A DNA stretch of 59,919 bases, counting the filler, from Malassezia furfur (lineage: Eukaryota), in assembly GCA_052055015.1 (NCBI GenBank). It is 7 parts of 7 records of this genome, joined end to end, with 100 filler letters (N's around TTAATTAATTAA, not from the genome) between each part and the next. Parts side by side here need not be neighbours in the genome. Positions count along the whole stretch, not along the records: positions 17,433 to 26,002 come from JBQJIT010000455.1; positions 26,103 to 34,496 come from JBQJIT010000458.1; 5 more parts are not named here. The stretch is one strand, 5' to 3'. The first letter of the stretch is position 1; each line of letters begins with the position of its first letter. Positions 21,828 through 32,161 of this stretch are shown one piece after another. The notes under the pieces are model-generated. The model did no database searches. It saw only the letters and a list, made by a program, of their open reading frames with translations, and was not told the origin of the DNA. The position numbers were made by a program, and so were the translations under genes.

Positions 21828-22709
21828 ATGACCGAACCGTACAAACACAAAGCCGTTCCTGCTCTTGATGTATTCAAGCCAGACCTGTTCAAGGATAAGG
21901 TAGTGTTTGTGACGGGCGGCGGCTCGGGTATTTGCTACGGCGTAACTGAGACGCTGATGCGCTTCGGCGCCAAGGCGGCCATTGTTGGGCGCAAGGCCGA
22001 GCGCCTGCGCGCCGCAGCCGAGCAGCTTGAGCGCGACACCAAGTCCAAAGCGATTGCGACGCCTGGCGATGTGCGCAAGATTGAGACGATCCAGCACGCA
22101 GTCAAGCAGACGCTTGACGCCTTTGGCAAGATCGACTTTGTGATATGCGGCGCGGCTGGCAACTTTATGGCGCCCATCGAGGGCCTCTCCTCGAACGCCT
22201 TCCGAACAGTGGTCGAGATCGACCTGCTCGGTACGTTCAACACGGTACGCGCAACGATGGAGGAGGTGAAGAAGAGCCACGGATCTTACATTCATATCTC
22301 GGCGACGCTGCACTACTCGGGCTTGCCTTGGCAGGCAGCCGCGTCATCAGCCAAGGCCGGCGTCGACGCGTTATCCGCCGCGCTAGCTGTGGAGCTGGGT
22401 CCGTTTGGTGTACGCAGCAACTGTATTGCGCCGGGCCTCATTGCTGGCACCGAAGGTGCCGACCGTCTCGTGCCGCAAGGCCAAGAAGAAATGGTGCAAG
22501 GGTTCATGCCCATGCAGCGGATTGGCCAGAAAGACGACATTGCCAATGCGGCCGTGTTCCTCTTCAGTGAGGCGGCCAGCTGGATTACGGGCCAGATTCT
22601 CGTGGTCGATGGAGGCTCAGTGCATTTCCGAGGCCCCTTCCTGCCCTATCCCGATGCAGTGATGGACACCCAATCATTCAAGAGTTTGTTCCCTGGATTT
22701 AAGATGTAA
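21828..22709 (+). CDS. SPS19: Peroxisomal 2,4-dienoyl-CoA reductase (SDR)
   Basis: TGGGSGI, GAAGNF, NAFRTVVEIDLLGTFN, ISATLHY, AKAGVDAL, VELGPFGVRSNCIAPG. Confidence 0.92.
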   Translation: MTEPYKHKAVPALDVFKPDLFKDKVVFVTGGGSGICYGVTETLMRFGAKAAIVGRKAERLRAAAEQLERDTKSKAIATPGDVRKIETIQHAVKQTLDAFGKIDFVICGAAGNFMAPIEGLSSNAFRTVVEIDLLGTFNTVRATMEEVKKSHGSYIHISATLHYSGLPWQAAASSAKAGVDALSAALAVELGPFGVRSNCIAPGLIAGTEGADRLVPQGQEEMVQGFMPMQRIGQKDDIANAAVFLFSEAASWITGQILVVDGGSVHFRGPFLPYPDAVMDTQSFKSLFPGFKM

Positions 22710-24792
22710 CTAGGTCGTGGAAAGATAGGCACCCAATTTCCCCAGCAGTTCATTCTTTTTTCCACTCGTCGGCAGGCCGTAATGCGCACAGGCGGCGCGC
22801 AGGTCGGCGACCAGAAGACGGCCGAGGATACCCTCCTTGTGCATCTCGCGCAACTCTTTTTCTCGGGCGGGGTCAAACGGCTGTGTCTTGGGCTCAGACT
22901 TGCGTACGGTCTGGACGGGTGCCGGTGCAGTGCGCTCGTCTGCCTCCATGGCCTCATTCCAAGTCTGGATCTGAGTGCCAGCGCGCTGCGGTGAATGCGT
23001 TAACGTACCTCATCAATCAGCGTATAGTCGGGAAGAATAGTATCTTGGTAAGAAGGAACGGGCGATCCAAATGCGAGTGCCATGAGCATGCTGTAGTGAT
23101 GGTGTAATGCAGGGTTCGTAAAAGCATCTGGGTTCAACGGCGCCTTGCGCAGGAAGCTGTCGATAATCCGACCGGCGGCCTCGACCTCCTCGGCATTTGC
23201 TAAGTTAAGTTGGGAACATACCACTCTCTGTCTTGACCTGAGGTGCGTCCCGGATGTCGTCCGCATACGGCAGGACGATCATGTTCATACCGGGCGGCAC
23301 GAGTTGGTTCCCCTCCTCGTCAACCTCCTCAGCTTGCGGAAGGATGGCAACAAAGGCGGGAATAACGTTTTCGCGCGGCATGTACAGCCCCAGAGCATAT
23401 TTGTTCTTCGACAGCATTGACTGGAGCAGGGCGGCAAAAACACGCTTGCTCCCTGGCTGGTCCAAGTCGGATGGATACAAAAAGTAAGCATGCTTGATAT
23501 TTTCGAGAAAGTGCAGTGTTGAACGGTCCTTGAATCCAAGCAGCTTGACCCCGGGAATACACCCAAATGTACGCAGTTTCTTGACCTCGTCGTCGGACAA
23601 CACCACTTGTGCCTGGTCGGTTGGCCCTTCGCTGATGGGATACGCATTGACAATGTCGGTCGGCTGTACACGCTCGCCCGTCTGGGCATCATAAAAGTGC
23701 TGATAGGCCATAACCTCGTGTAGATCATCGGGATTCTCCTGCCCGTAGGATGACACGCGCACGGGCATGTCTTTGGTCGCCTCAGAGATGAGGACGTACC
23801 CTTTAACATGGATCCGCCAATGCGACGCGCGTTGCGCCTTAGCGTGCTTGTCTTCGTTCTGTTTCGAGAGTGGACCTAAATCCATCATCAGGTCAAAGAT
23901 GACACGCTTGGGCATTTCGCGGCCGCCCATCTGCTCGTCGAGTTCTTGGAATTTTAACGTCGAATCCCATGCGCGGCGCTTTGAGCCATTCTGGTCCTGC
24001 ATTTGTCGCAGACGCCACGGCCGGAGAGCATCATCCACAAGCCCATCGTCATAAGCACCGACGATCTCTGCGTAAAACACATTCACACGGAAGGTGTGCC
24101 GCTGTGATGACATGAAGAACGGCTCCATATCCACGCCACGGCGGTACATATCCTTCATGCGATCAATGCACGCCTTTTGTGCAAGCTGTTTCTCCTTTCC
24201 TGGTTGTGGGTCGTCCTGGTTGGTAATGTAAAAGATTCGGCGTGAGCCGGCTTTGGCCCTGCATCAGTGACGCCGACATACGCAGAGCTGAGCAGGTGGA
24301 GCGCATTGGAGAAGACATGCTCGACGGGGATCTGTGTTGAGGCCGGAGCAAAGCGCGTCGTAAGCGTACTGGGATCCTTTTCCGCGGCTGGGTAAGTGTG
24401 ACACGTACCTGCCACGATCTGTTGCAGCTCGTAAGTGTTGGGAACGTTGACCTGTTGCGCCTTGATGTACTCGACTGTGTGCGGCTTGAAACCCGAGCGG
24501 GTTTCCGTCACCATGCGCGACTCCATCTTGGATAAGCAGGATACGTACCGTGTTCCACAGGAGGACACCGACGTGATCCTTAGGAGAGCTCACCAATTTC
24601 ATCTCCATCAGACGCACGGCCGCACGGAGCGCGACCAGCAAAGGCGCCTCTGCCTCGCCCGATGTATCGTGCATCGTTGCGCCACAGTCAATGGCAAATA
24701 GGACTACATCGCGGTGCGCATAATTCTGGATCAGTCGTACCACGCACCTCCCAAGGCACTGCATGCGCCTCGTCCCCCGCCCCGGCCTCCAT
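22710..24792 (-). CDS. KU70: Ku70 DNA end-binding protein
   Basis: VVLFAIDC (vWA), RRIFYITNQDDP, LLGFKD, LPYADDIR, NPALHHHY, C-terminal SAP domain. Six introns: 24726-24747, 24527-24548, 24388-24408, 24259-24281, 23200-23221, 22986-23008 (21-23 nt). Confidence 0.93.
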
Positions 24793-24883
24793 GTCGCGTG
24801 GAGGTCCCTGCGGTGGAGGATCGACGCGCCACGCGACAATTCCGGCGCGTCGCACGTCGCGCTCCACCGACCGTTCGTGCACG

Positions 24884-25811
24884 ATGGAATTCCCGCCGCA
24901 GCACGAGGCATCTGCTGTGTACGCGCAGCCGGGTGTGGTTGAACACAATGAGGCGGTGCATGAGACAGAGCCTACGCAGCCTTCTCTACCTTCCGCACCC
25001 ACAGAGGTCAACCCTGAAATCTCCGCAACGCACGCAACCGTCGCCGCGCCTCTAGAGCCAGGCGAGGAGGCAGAGCCTGCGAGCGAAGAGACAGCGGGTG
25101 CACCAGCTGCTAATGTACCGCAGGCACCTAAGCGTGCACCGCGTCCGAGCTTGCCGCCACAAAAAGGAACTACGGTATTCCCTTTGGCACGCATTGCCAA
25201 GATTGTCAAAGTAGGTCCGCGAGCGCTGACCACAGGCCGACAGTGCCGTGGACATTTGCAGCAAAGAGGCAACCTTTCTGATCAGTGCTGCAACAGTATG
25301 TGTTGAGAGTAACACAGGAATTGTTCGTCAAAAAGTTTGTCGAAGAAGGCTGTATTAATGCGCGCATGGATAAGCGCAAGATGGTCCGCTACGATGACAT
25401 GGGTACGTGTTTTCTTTCGCTAACGCAGCCAAAGCCGCACAGCAAAATGAGTACCTTGACTTCCTGCGGGACGTTGTGCCGATGCCCATGCCGCTGTCGG
25501 CGGCCATGCAGCAACGCGCACAAATGGCCCAGGCAGGAGAGGAACAAGAGGCGGTCGACGCAAGCCCTACTGAGTCCAGCAAGCCTGTCGACGAACACGA
25601 GGCGGAGAGCGATGCAGATATGGATGCTGAAGATGTGCCGTCGCCGTCGCCCCTGCCACCAACCTCTGCCAAGGCGGAGGGGTCGCATGAATGGTCGCCG
25701 ACACCGTCTGCCGCGGTAGCCTCCAGCACTAACCTTACGCCGTCGGAATCGGGCGGCACACCCGTGTTGCCAACGCCTCAAGAAGAAACCACAACGCCTA
25801 TGGATCTGTAG
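24884..25811 (+). CDS. Histone-fold (NF-YC-like) protein, Dpb3/POLE4-like
   Basis: Spliced FPLARIAKIVKADSAVDICSKEATFLISAATELFVKKF..RKMVRYDDMAKAAQQNEYLDFL. Introns 25211-25235, 25296-25317, 25403-25428. Confidence 0.85.
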
Positions 25812-25881
25812 CAACCCCATGTATCCCTTCAATCCCCTTTCTCTGGTATTTGTGCGCCGCAGCGCAATTTGACAAAAAAAT

Positions 25882-25979
25882 CGACAACTACAGGGTTCGA
25901 ACCTGTGTGGGCGGAGCCCATGAGATTGCCCTGATATGGAGGTTCAAGTCTCACCCATTAACCACTCTGGCAAGTTGCC
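25882..25979 (-). tRNA. tRNA-Ser(UGA) with 16-nt intron
   Basis: GGCAACT/AGTTGTC acceptor stem + G73, TGAGA-CT-TGA-A[intron 25927-25942]A-TCTCA anticodon arm, long variable arm, GGTTCGAACC T loop, T7 Pol III terminator at 25874-25880. Confidence 0.95.
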
Positions 25980-26223
25980 AATAACTTGATCGTGTGCGCT
26001 TANNNNNNNNNNNNNNNNNNNNNNNNNNNNNNNNNNNNNNNNNNNNTTAATTAATTAANNNNNNNNNNNNNNNNNNNNNNNNNNNNNNNNNNNNNNNNNN
26101 NNCCCGAGGCGCCCGAGGCGCCTGCGGCACCTGCGGCGCCTGACGCGCCCGAGGCGCCGGCCGCGCCGGCCGCGGACGACACACTCGAGTCCGACATGGA
26201 AAACATTGCACTGTAGGGTATAG

Positions 26224-26697
26224 CTATGTAGCGAGCGCCGCTTCGCACTCGGCACGCAGCGCGTCGGCGCCGACGACGCCCGCATCTGCCCATGCCTGGA
26301 TCGTCGCCTCGTGCTCGGCGTACGCGGTGCGCGCGCCTTTGGGGTCTGTCGCTGCGAGGCTGCGCAGCGTCGTCGGCAGCTCGACGATCGGGCGGACGTC
26401 GGCCCACGGCACGCCGCCGGCCGCGACGGCCGCGCGCCCTTGGTCGATCGCCGCGAGCTGTGCGCGCAGCGCGTCGCGCGGCGTGTGCAGCGCGTCGAGC
26501 CCCGCGCGCATCTTGCCGACGGTTTCGCTGGCCGCGACGAGTTCCTGGTGGTGGTTGTACACGAGGCTCTGGCGGTCGGCCTTGAGTTCGCGGATGCCTG
26601 GGTTAGTGCGCGACGTACCGTCCATCAGCGCAATCGAGCGCCGGAGGAGCGCGTCGAGCGGCTGCCCCGCCGCGCCCTCGTCCACGCTGGGCGCCAT
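26224..26697 (-). CDS. VPS51: Vps51 (GARP complex)
   Basis: IRELKADRQSLVYNHHQELVAASETVGKM is the Vps51 motif. In-frame 21-nt intron 26598-26618. Confidence 0.85.
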   Translation of the reverse strand: MAPSVDEGAAGQPLDALLRRSIALMDGTSRTNPGIRELKADRQSLVYNHHQELVAASETVGKMRAGLDALHTPRDALRAQLAAIDQGRAAVAAGGVPWADVRPIVELPTTLRSLAATDPKGARTAYAEHEATIQAWADAGVVGADALRAECEAALAT

Positions 26698-26758
26698 GGG
26701 TGCGGTGGGGAACAATAGGCGGGTCGGTGCCTCCACTTTGGGCCGGCGTCTGCGCACG

Positions 26759-28670
26759 ATGGTCAAGGCGGAGCGCACGGTGAAGACCGAGGGCGCGCCG
26801 GCGCCGACGGGCTACCGCGACATCCCGCTGTACTCGGCAGACACACGGAGCGTCACGACGCACCTGATGAAGTTTGCACACCACAACCGCGTCGACCCGA
26901 ACAATACGGAGCAGTTCATCCCCCCGGTGAAGCTGAACCGCAAGATGCCGCTGCGCGTCAAGCAGGCGCCCGCACAGCCCGGCGACGTGGTCGTCGACAA
27001 GTGGGGCAAGCCCGTGCTCACCGGCGAGGGCAAGCCGCTGCGGTGGCCGGGCCCCGACGACGACCTCGAGGCGCTGCGCCCCTACCTCGAGCTGGACAAG
27101 AAGGTGTACGTCGCACGACTCACGCAGCGAGGACGAGAACGACATGGCGCCGGGCTCCGGCCACCTCCCCCGCGGGCGCCTGTTCAAGAAGCGCGTGCGC
27201 GAGGTGCACAAGAGCGCGAACGCCGCGCGGCGCACGCGCAACGAAGAGTTCTTCCCGTGGGTGCTGGAGGACTTTGAGACGTCCAACGACTGGGAGTCCT
27301 CGCGGAACCCCGCGGCGAACAGCATCCAGGCGCTCGAGGCGTACTACATCATGGAGACGGAGCGCCGCGCGCGCGCCGCGGCCGCCGGCGTCGACGCACA
27401 CCCCGTCAAGGCCGAGGTCAAGGCCGAGGCCGGGCCGGTTGCGCCGGCGCACGCGCCGTGGGTCGGCCAGCTCGAGGGCGAGTCGGACGAGAACTCGATG
27501 TCGCACCATGTGCTGTTCGTGTTCGACGAGCGCAACGCGGGCGGCTTCAAGGTCGTGCCGATCCGCCGGCAGTACAAGTTTATGCAGTCGCAGCGCCCGG
27601 TGCTGGACAGCGACGCGGTCGAGGAGGAATTTGCGCGGTACCAGCGCTCCTCGGAGCCGGAGCGCCTCGCGCTGCGTGCGCGGCTCCAGAGCGGCACCAA
27701 GGGCGGTGCGTCCACTGGCGCGCCGCGGCGCTTCCCCACGCTGGCCCTGCCGCAGGGCCCGTCGCTGGGGTGGAGCAGCAGCCAGCGGCTCGTCGCTGTG
27801 CGCGGCGAGGACCGCGAGCGCGGCGGCGAGGACGATGCGTTTGTGGTGCCGAAGCAGGAGACGACCTACGACGAGCTCGACTTTGAGGAGTCGTTCGCGG
27901 ACGACGAGGAGCGCCCCGACACGGTGCTCGAGGAGGACCAGGAGGCGAAGGAGCTCGAGGAGCGCCTCAAGCGCGAGATGGTCGCCGACCACGTCGACGA
28001 CGAAGTCACGATCAAGCGCGACCCCGACGAGGTGGACGACGCGATGATGATCAACCGCCGCAGCGGCGCCGACGACGTGCTCGGCGGCACCGTCCACGGC
28101 CGCCACGACGACGCACAGCTCACCGGCACCGGGCGGCAGATGCGCAAGATCATGAAGGCGCTCAGCCGCCGCGAGGGCAACGACGTGTACGACAGCGACG
28201 AGGACGCCAAGAACCCGTACGCGAGCGACGAGTCCGACGACGAGCAGGACCTCGACGTGCTGCACCCCGAGCGCGCGATCCTCGAGGCGCGCGAAGAGCG
28301 CGCGCGGCAGGAGCGACTCGCCCGCGAGGCGCAGGCGCCGCCGCCCGCGCCCGAGACGCCGCGCGCCGCGACGCCGGACGACTCGCTGAAGCGCAAGAGC
28401 GAAGTGCGCCGCGACGACACGCCGAAACGCGCCAAGCTCGGCGAGAAGGCGCGTGGGTCGTCGCCGGCGCGCACCCTGTCGCCGCTCGAGGCGGAGCTGG
28501 CGCAGCTCGTGCGCGACGGCACTGTGCGCAGCACCGCCGAGCTTGTGCAGCACTTCCGGCAGCGGCTCAAGGCGGACGCTTCGCTCAAGGAGCAGCTCAG
28601 TGCGGCGGTCAAGAAGATTGCCTATATGGACAAGAAGAGCAACCGCCTGAAGCTCAAGGAGGGGTTCTAA
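26759..28670 (+). CDS. TFG1: TFIIF large subunit (Tfg1/RAP74)
   Basis: THLMKF, PVKLNRK, PWVLEDFE, WVGQLEG, FKVVPIRRQYKF, ELDFEESFADDEE, C-terminal winged helix. 22-nt intron 27106-27127 joins the two ORF frames. Confidence 0.85.
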
Positions 28671-28746
28671 GGGGAGATAGCGAGATAGCGAGGAGAGCAA
28701 ACGAGAGTCAAGAGAGTTCACTAGATAGCTAAGAGCGCCAAGGAGC

Positions 28747-28928
28747 GGAATTCGCTAGGAAGCCAAGGACGAGTTGGGAGGAATTCACTCCGGAGGAATT
28801 CGGTCTCGGAAGAATTCCCTTGGAAGATCTTCCCAGAATTTCCCAAAAAGTCCATAGGAAAACTCCCACGGAAGATCCCTGGGAAGATCCCTGGGAAGAT
28901 CCCTCGGAAGATTTCCAGAAAAATTCCC
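28747..28928. repeat. Degenerate ~12-nt minisatellite, core GGAAGATCCCT(G)
   Basis: Three near-perfect units at 28870-28905, flanked by about ten degenerate GGAA..TCC units, between convergent genes. Confidence 0.75.
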
Positions 28929-28970
28929 GGCCCCGCCTGTCACAACCCATTCAGTGGTCACACCTCTGCA

Positions 28971-30857
28971 CTACTGCCGCTTGAGCCATCGCACCGCCCG
29001 CTTGTCGTCATTCACGAGCGGCAGCACATCGCGGCACACGAGCGCATTGTGGTCCCGCAGCCACACCTTCTCGTCGTCGGTGAGCAGCGACCAGTCCACC
29101 ATCTTGGTCGAGATCGGGACGCGCGTCAGCAGCTCAAAGCCGAGCCACGCACCGCCAAAGTCGCGGTACGTGCCGAGCGACTGCACCAGGAACACCGACT
29201 CGATGCGCACGCCGTACGACCCCTCTTCGTAGAAGCCCGGCTCGTCGCTCACGGCCATGCCCTCCACGAGGGCGACTGGCACCTTGGCGCCGCCCGACGA
29301 CGACGAGAAGCCGTACGGCCCCTCGTGCACGTTGAGGAACGCCCCGATGCCGTGCCCGGTGCCGTGCAGGTAGTTGAAGCCGTCCTGGAACAGCGGCTGC
29401 CGCGCGAGCATATCGAGCTGTGCGCCCGTCGTCCCCACCGGGAAGCGCGCACGGGCCAGCTGGATGTGCCCCTGCAGGACCCGCGTGTAGGCGCGGCGCT
29501 GTGCAAACGTCGGCTTGCCAAAGTGCACCGTGCGTGTCGTGTCGATCGTGCCGTCGTGGTACTGCGGCCCGCTGTCGTTCAGGTAGGGCGCCACGGTATC
29601 GATCACGCGCGAGTGCGTCGCGGGCGTCTCGTAGTGCGGCAGCGCGGCGTTGGGGCCCGCGGCGCTGATCGCATCGTACGCCTCGGTGACGTACAGCGGG
29701 TCTTGGCTGCGGATCTTGGCAAAGTGGTCGGCGGCCTGGCGCTCGTCGATGCGCTCGCCGCGCTCCATGGCCTCCTCGAGCCACGCGGCCCACCGCGCCC
29801 AAGCCGCGCCGTCACGCAGGTACGCCTGGCGCATGCCCTCCTGCTCCGCGGCGTTCTTGCGCGCCTTGGCCATCGCCACGGGGCTGTCGGCCGGCAGGAT
29901 CGTCGCGCGCCGGCGCCCGACGGCATCGACGAGCGCCGCCGATGCGCGCTCATGCAAGAAGCACGGCAGGTGCGCCGCGGCGAGCCACGCCCACACCGTG
30001 TCGTAGGCGCGCAGCGTCACGCCGACCGCGTCGAGGTACGGCCGCACCTCGCGCACCAGCCGCTCGTCTACAAACAGATGCGTCGCGTCGTCGTTCACAA
30101 CGACGTACGCGGGGAACACGGGGTTGCACGGCACCGACGCGCCGCGCATGTTGAGCACCCACGCAATCTCGTCGAGCGACGACAGGACATAGGCCCCGCC
30201 GCCCTGCTCTGCGAGCCATGCGCGCACCGCCGCGAGCTTGTCGGTGGCCGGCACGCCCGCATACTTGAGCGTGTGCTCGTACGCGGGCGCGAGTACCGGT
30301 GCGGGGCGCTCCTTCCACACGGCGTCCACGAGGTTGCGCTCGACGTAGCACAGCGCACCGTCCGACTTGGCGAGCGACGCCGAGAGCTCGTCGGCGGTTG
30401 CGTAGGCGAGGAGGCGGGCGTCGACGCCCACGCGGCTGCCGCGCGGCAGCGCATGCGGGAGCCATGCCGGCCAGTCGCGCACGCCCGTCTGGCCGACCTT
30501 GTGCAGCGTCCAGTTGGCGTCGAGCTGCTGGGCTGCCTGGATGTGGTAGCGCCCGTCGGCAAAGAGGTGCGCCGAGTCGCACAGGACGACGGCGGTGCCT
30601 GCGCTCCCGGTGAAGCCCGAGATGTACGCGCGGCGCGCATCGCACGCCGCCGTGTACTCGGACGCGTGTGCGTCCTCGGTAGGGACGATGTAGGCGTCGA
30701 TCTTTGCGTCGCGCATCTCGGCACGCAGCGCGGCGAGGCGCGCGCTCGTGTCGGTCGGCTGCGTGCGCGACTCGGACGCCCAGGCGGCAAGCAGTGCGCG
30801 CTTCTCGTCCACGGAGCCGCGGGCCGCGGCGTGCGGGCGCGAGGCGAGGCAACCCAT
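28971..30857 (-). CDS. FRA1: Xaa-Pro aminopeptidase (aminopeptidase P, M24)
   Basis: DAHASEY, ISGFTGSAG, DGRY, DSGPQYHDGTIDTTRT, HGTGHGIGAFLNVHEGP, EPGFY..GVRIE. Start MGCLAS. Confidence 0.9.
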   Translation of the reverse strand: MGCLASRPHAAARGSVDEKRALLAAWASESRTQPTDTSARLAALRAEMRDAKIDAYIVPTEDAHASEYTAACDARRAYISGFTGSAGTAVVLCDSAHLFADGRYHIQAAQQLDANWTLHKVGQTGVRDWPAWLPHALPRGSRVGVDARLLAYATADELSASLAKSDGALCYVERNLVDAVWKERPAPVLAPAYEHTLKYAGVPATDKLAAVRAWLAEQGGGAYVLSSLDEIAWVLNMRGASVPCNPVFPAYVVVNDDATHLFVDERLVREVRPYLDAVGVTLRAYDTVWAWLAAAHLPCFLHERASAALVDAVGRRRATILPADSPVAMAKARKNAAEQEGMRQAYLRDGAAWARWAAWLEEAMERGERIDERQAADHFAKIRSQDPLYVTEAYDAISAAGPNAALPHYETPATHSRVIDTVAPYLNDSGPQYHDGTIDTTRTVHFGKPTFAQRRAYTRVLQGHIQLARARFPVGTTGAQLDMLARQPLFQDGFNYLHGTGHGIGAFLNVHEGPYGFSSSSGGAKVPVALVEGMAVSDEPGFYEEGSYGVRIESVFLVQSLGTYRDFGGAWLGFELLTRVPISTKMVDWSLLTDDEKVWLRDHNALVCRDVLPLVNDDKRAVRWLKRQ

Positions 30858-30915
30858 GGTCTTATCGGGGGAACCCCGCGCGGGGCGCACCTCCACTTTT
30901 ACGAAGATTCGCGGC

Positions 30916-32147
30916 ATGGTGCGTGAGAGGCTGACCCAGAGCGACCCAGTGATCCCGTACGTGGCCCACTGACGCAGCCCGCCGCCGCCGCGCGAGAAAA
31001 AGACGCTCGAGGAGCAGATGCGCTCGTTCGACGAGGTGCCGCTGTTCATGCGCAACCTGCCGTCCGGCGGCACCGAGGAGTCGAACACGGCGCTCGACGC
31101 CCTCCAGGCGCTTGCGTACGAGGGGCACCCCGACGACGCCGCCAAGAACTTCAAGGAGCAGGGCAACGAGTACTTCCGCGCAAAGCGGTACCGTGAGGCG
31201 ATCGGCTTCTACCGGCAGGGCCTCGACGCGAAGCCGGGCAGCAAGGAGCTGCTCGAGTCGCTGTACCTGAACTGTGCGGCGTGCAACCTCGAGCTGCGTA
31301 CGTCTGCGCGACTCACCCAGAAAACTACGGACGCGCGCTCCACGACACCCGCAACGCGATGCTCGTCAACCCCCGCTCGCTCAAGGCGCTGTACCGCGCG
31401 ACAAAAGCGTTCCTCGCGCTCGACCGCCTCGACGACGCGCGCGGCGCATGCGACCTCGCGGACGAGTTTGGCGGCGGCGCCGACTTTGCGCCGCTGCGCG
31501 CCAAGGTCGACGAGCGCGCGGCGGTGCTCGAGCGGCGTGCGAAGGAGCGCACGGAGCGCGAGCGGCGCGCCAAGCTGCTTGCCGAGGCCGTGCGCATGGC
31601 GTGCATTGCGCGCGGTCTGTGGGTCGCGCGGAGCACCACACAGGACGACACACACGCGCCGCACTTTGACCCCGCGGCGCTGCCCGCGTACGCGTCGCCC
31701 GACCTGCCGCTGCTCGGCAGCACGACGTGGCGCGCGCCCGATCCGATCCGCACGCCGCTGCTCTTCCCCGTGGTGCTGCTGTACCCCGAGCACGGGCAGT
31801 CGGACCTCATTGCCGAGTTCCACGAGGACACCACGATCGGGCAGCACCTCGACGCCATGTTCCCGCCCGAGGCGCGCGGACAGCTGCCGTGGGACCCGGC
31901 GGGCGCGTACGTCGCGCCGAACCTGTCGGCGATCGCCGTGACGCACCAGGGCCGCGTGCTGCGTGTGGGCCGCAAACTATCCCTACGCGAGTTTATGGAC
32001 CAGGCGGCGACGACGCCGCCCGACGGCAACCCCGAGCACCGCGACGGGCTCGTGCTGAACAACGGCACACTCACGCTCGCCGTCTTCCCCAAGCACAGCG
32101 AGGCGGAGCGCACGTGGGTCGACGCCGCGAAGCGGCGCGCCACGTGA
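30916..32147 (+). CDS. CNS1: Hsp70/Hsp90 TPR co-chaperone Cns1/TTC4
   Basis: VPLFM, LDALQALAYEG, AKNFKEQGNEYF, LELQNYG, FPVVLLYPEHGQSD. Introns 30919-30939, 30957-30977, 31298-31320. Confidence 0.92.
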
Positions 32148-32161
32148 GCCTCCACCGCGCC

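Noticed and set aside
22707..22994. SPS19 stop in TAA-CTAG context as a readthrough route to a cryptic PTS1
   Set aside because: The CTA is simply the KU70 stop on the other strand, and the extension would end in ALR, not a PTS1.
23000..24911. KU70, MAK3, Nudix, CNS1 and others as frameshifted pseudogenes or programmed frameshifts
   Set aside because: Each frame change coincides with a GT..branch..AG micro-intron whose removal restores conserved motifs.
25882..25979. tRNA with TCA on the plus strand as a selenocysteine or suppressor tRNA
   Set aside because: The gene is on the minus strand with anticodon UGA, a 7-bp acceptor stem and a Ser-type variable arm: ordinary tRNA-Ser.
26103..26209. 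9-nt repeats encoding AAG/ASG at a contig start (possible gene 5' end on the minus strand)
   Set aside because: Low-complexity and too short to assign a product.
28747..28928. CRISPR array or heat-shock element cluster
   Set aside because: No unique spacers, eukaryotic host, and GAA/TTC spacing does not fit nGAAnnTTCn.
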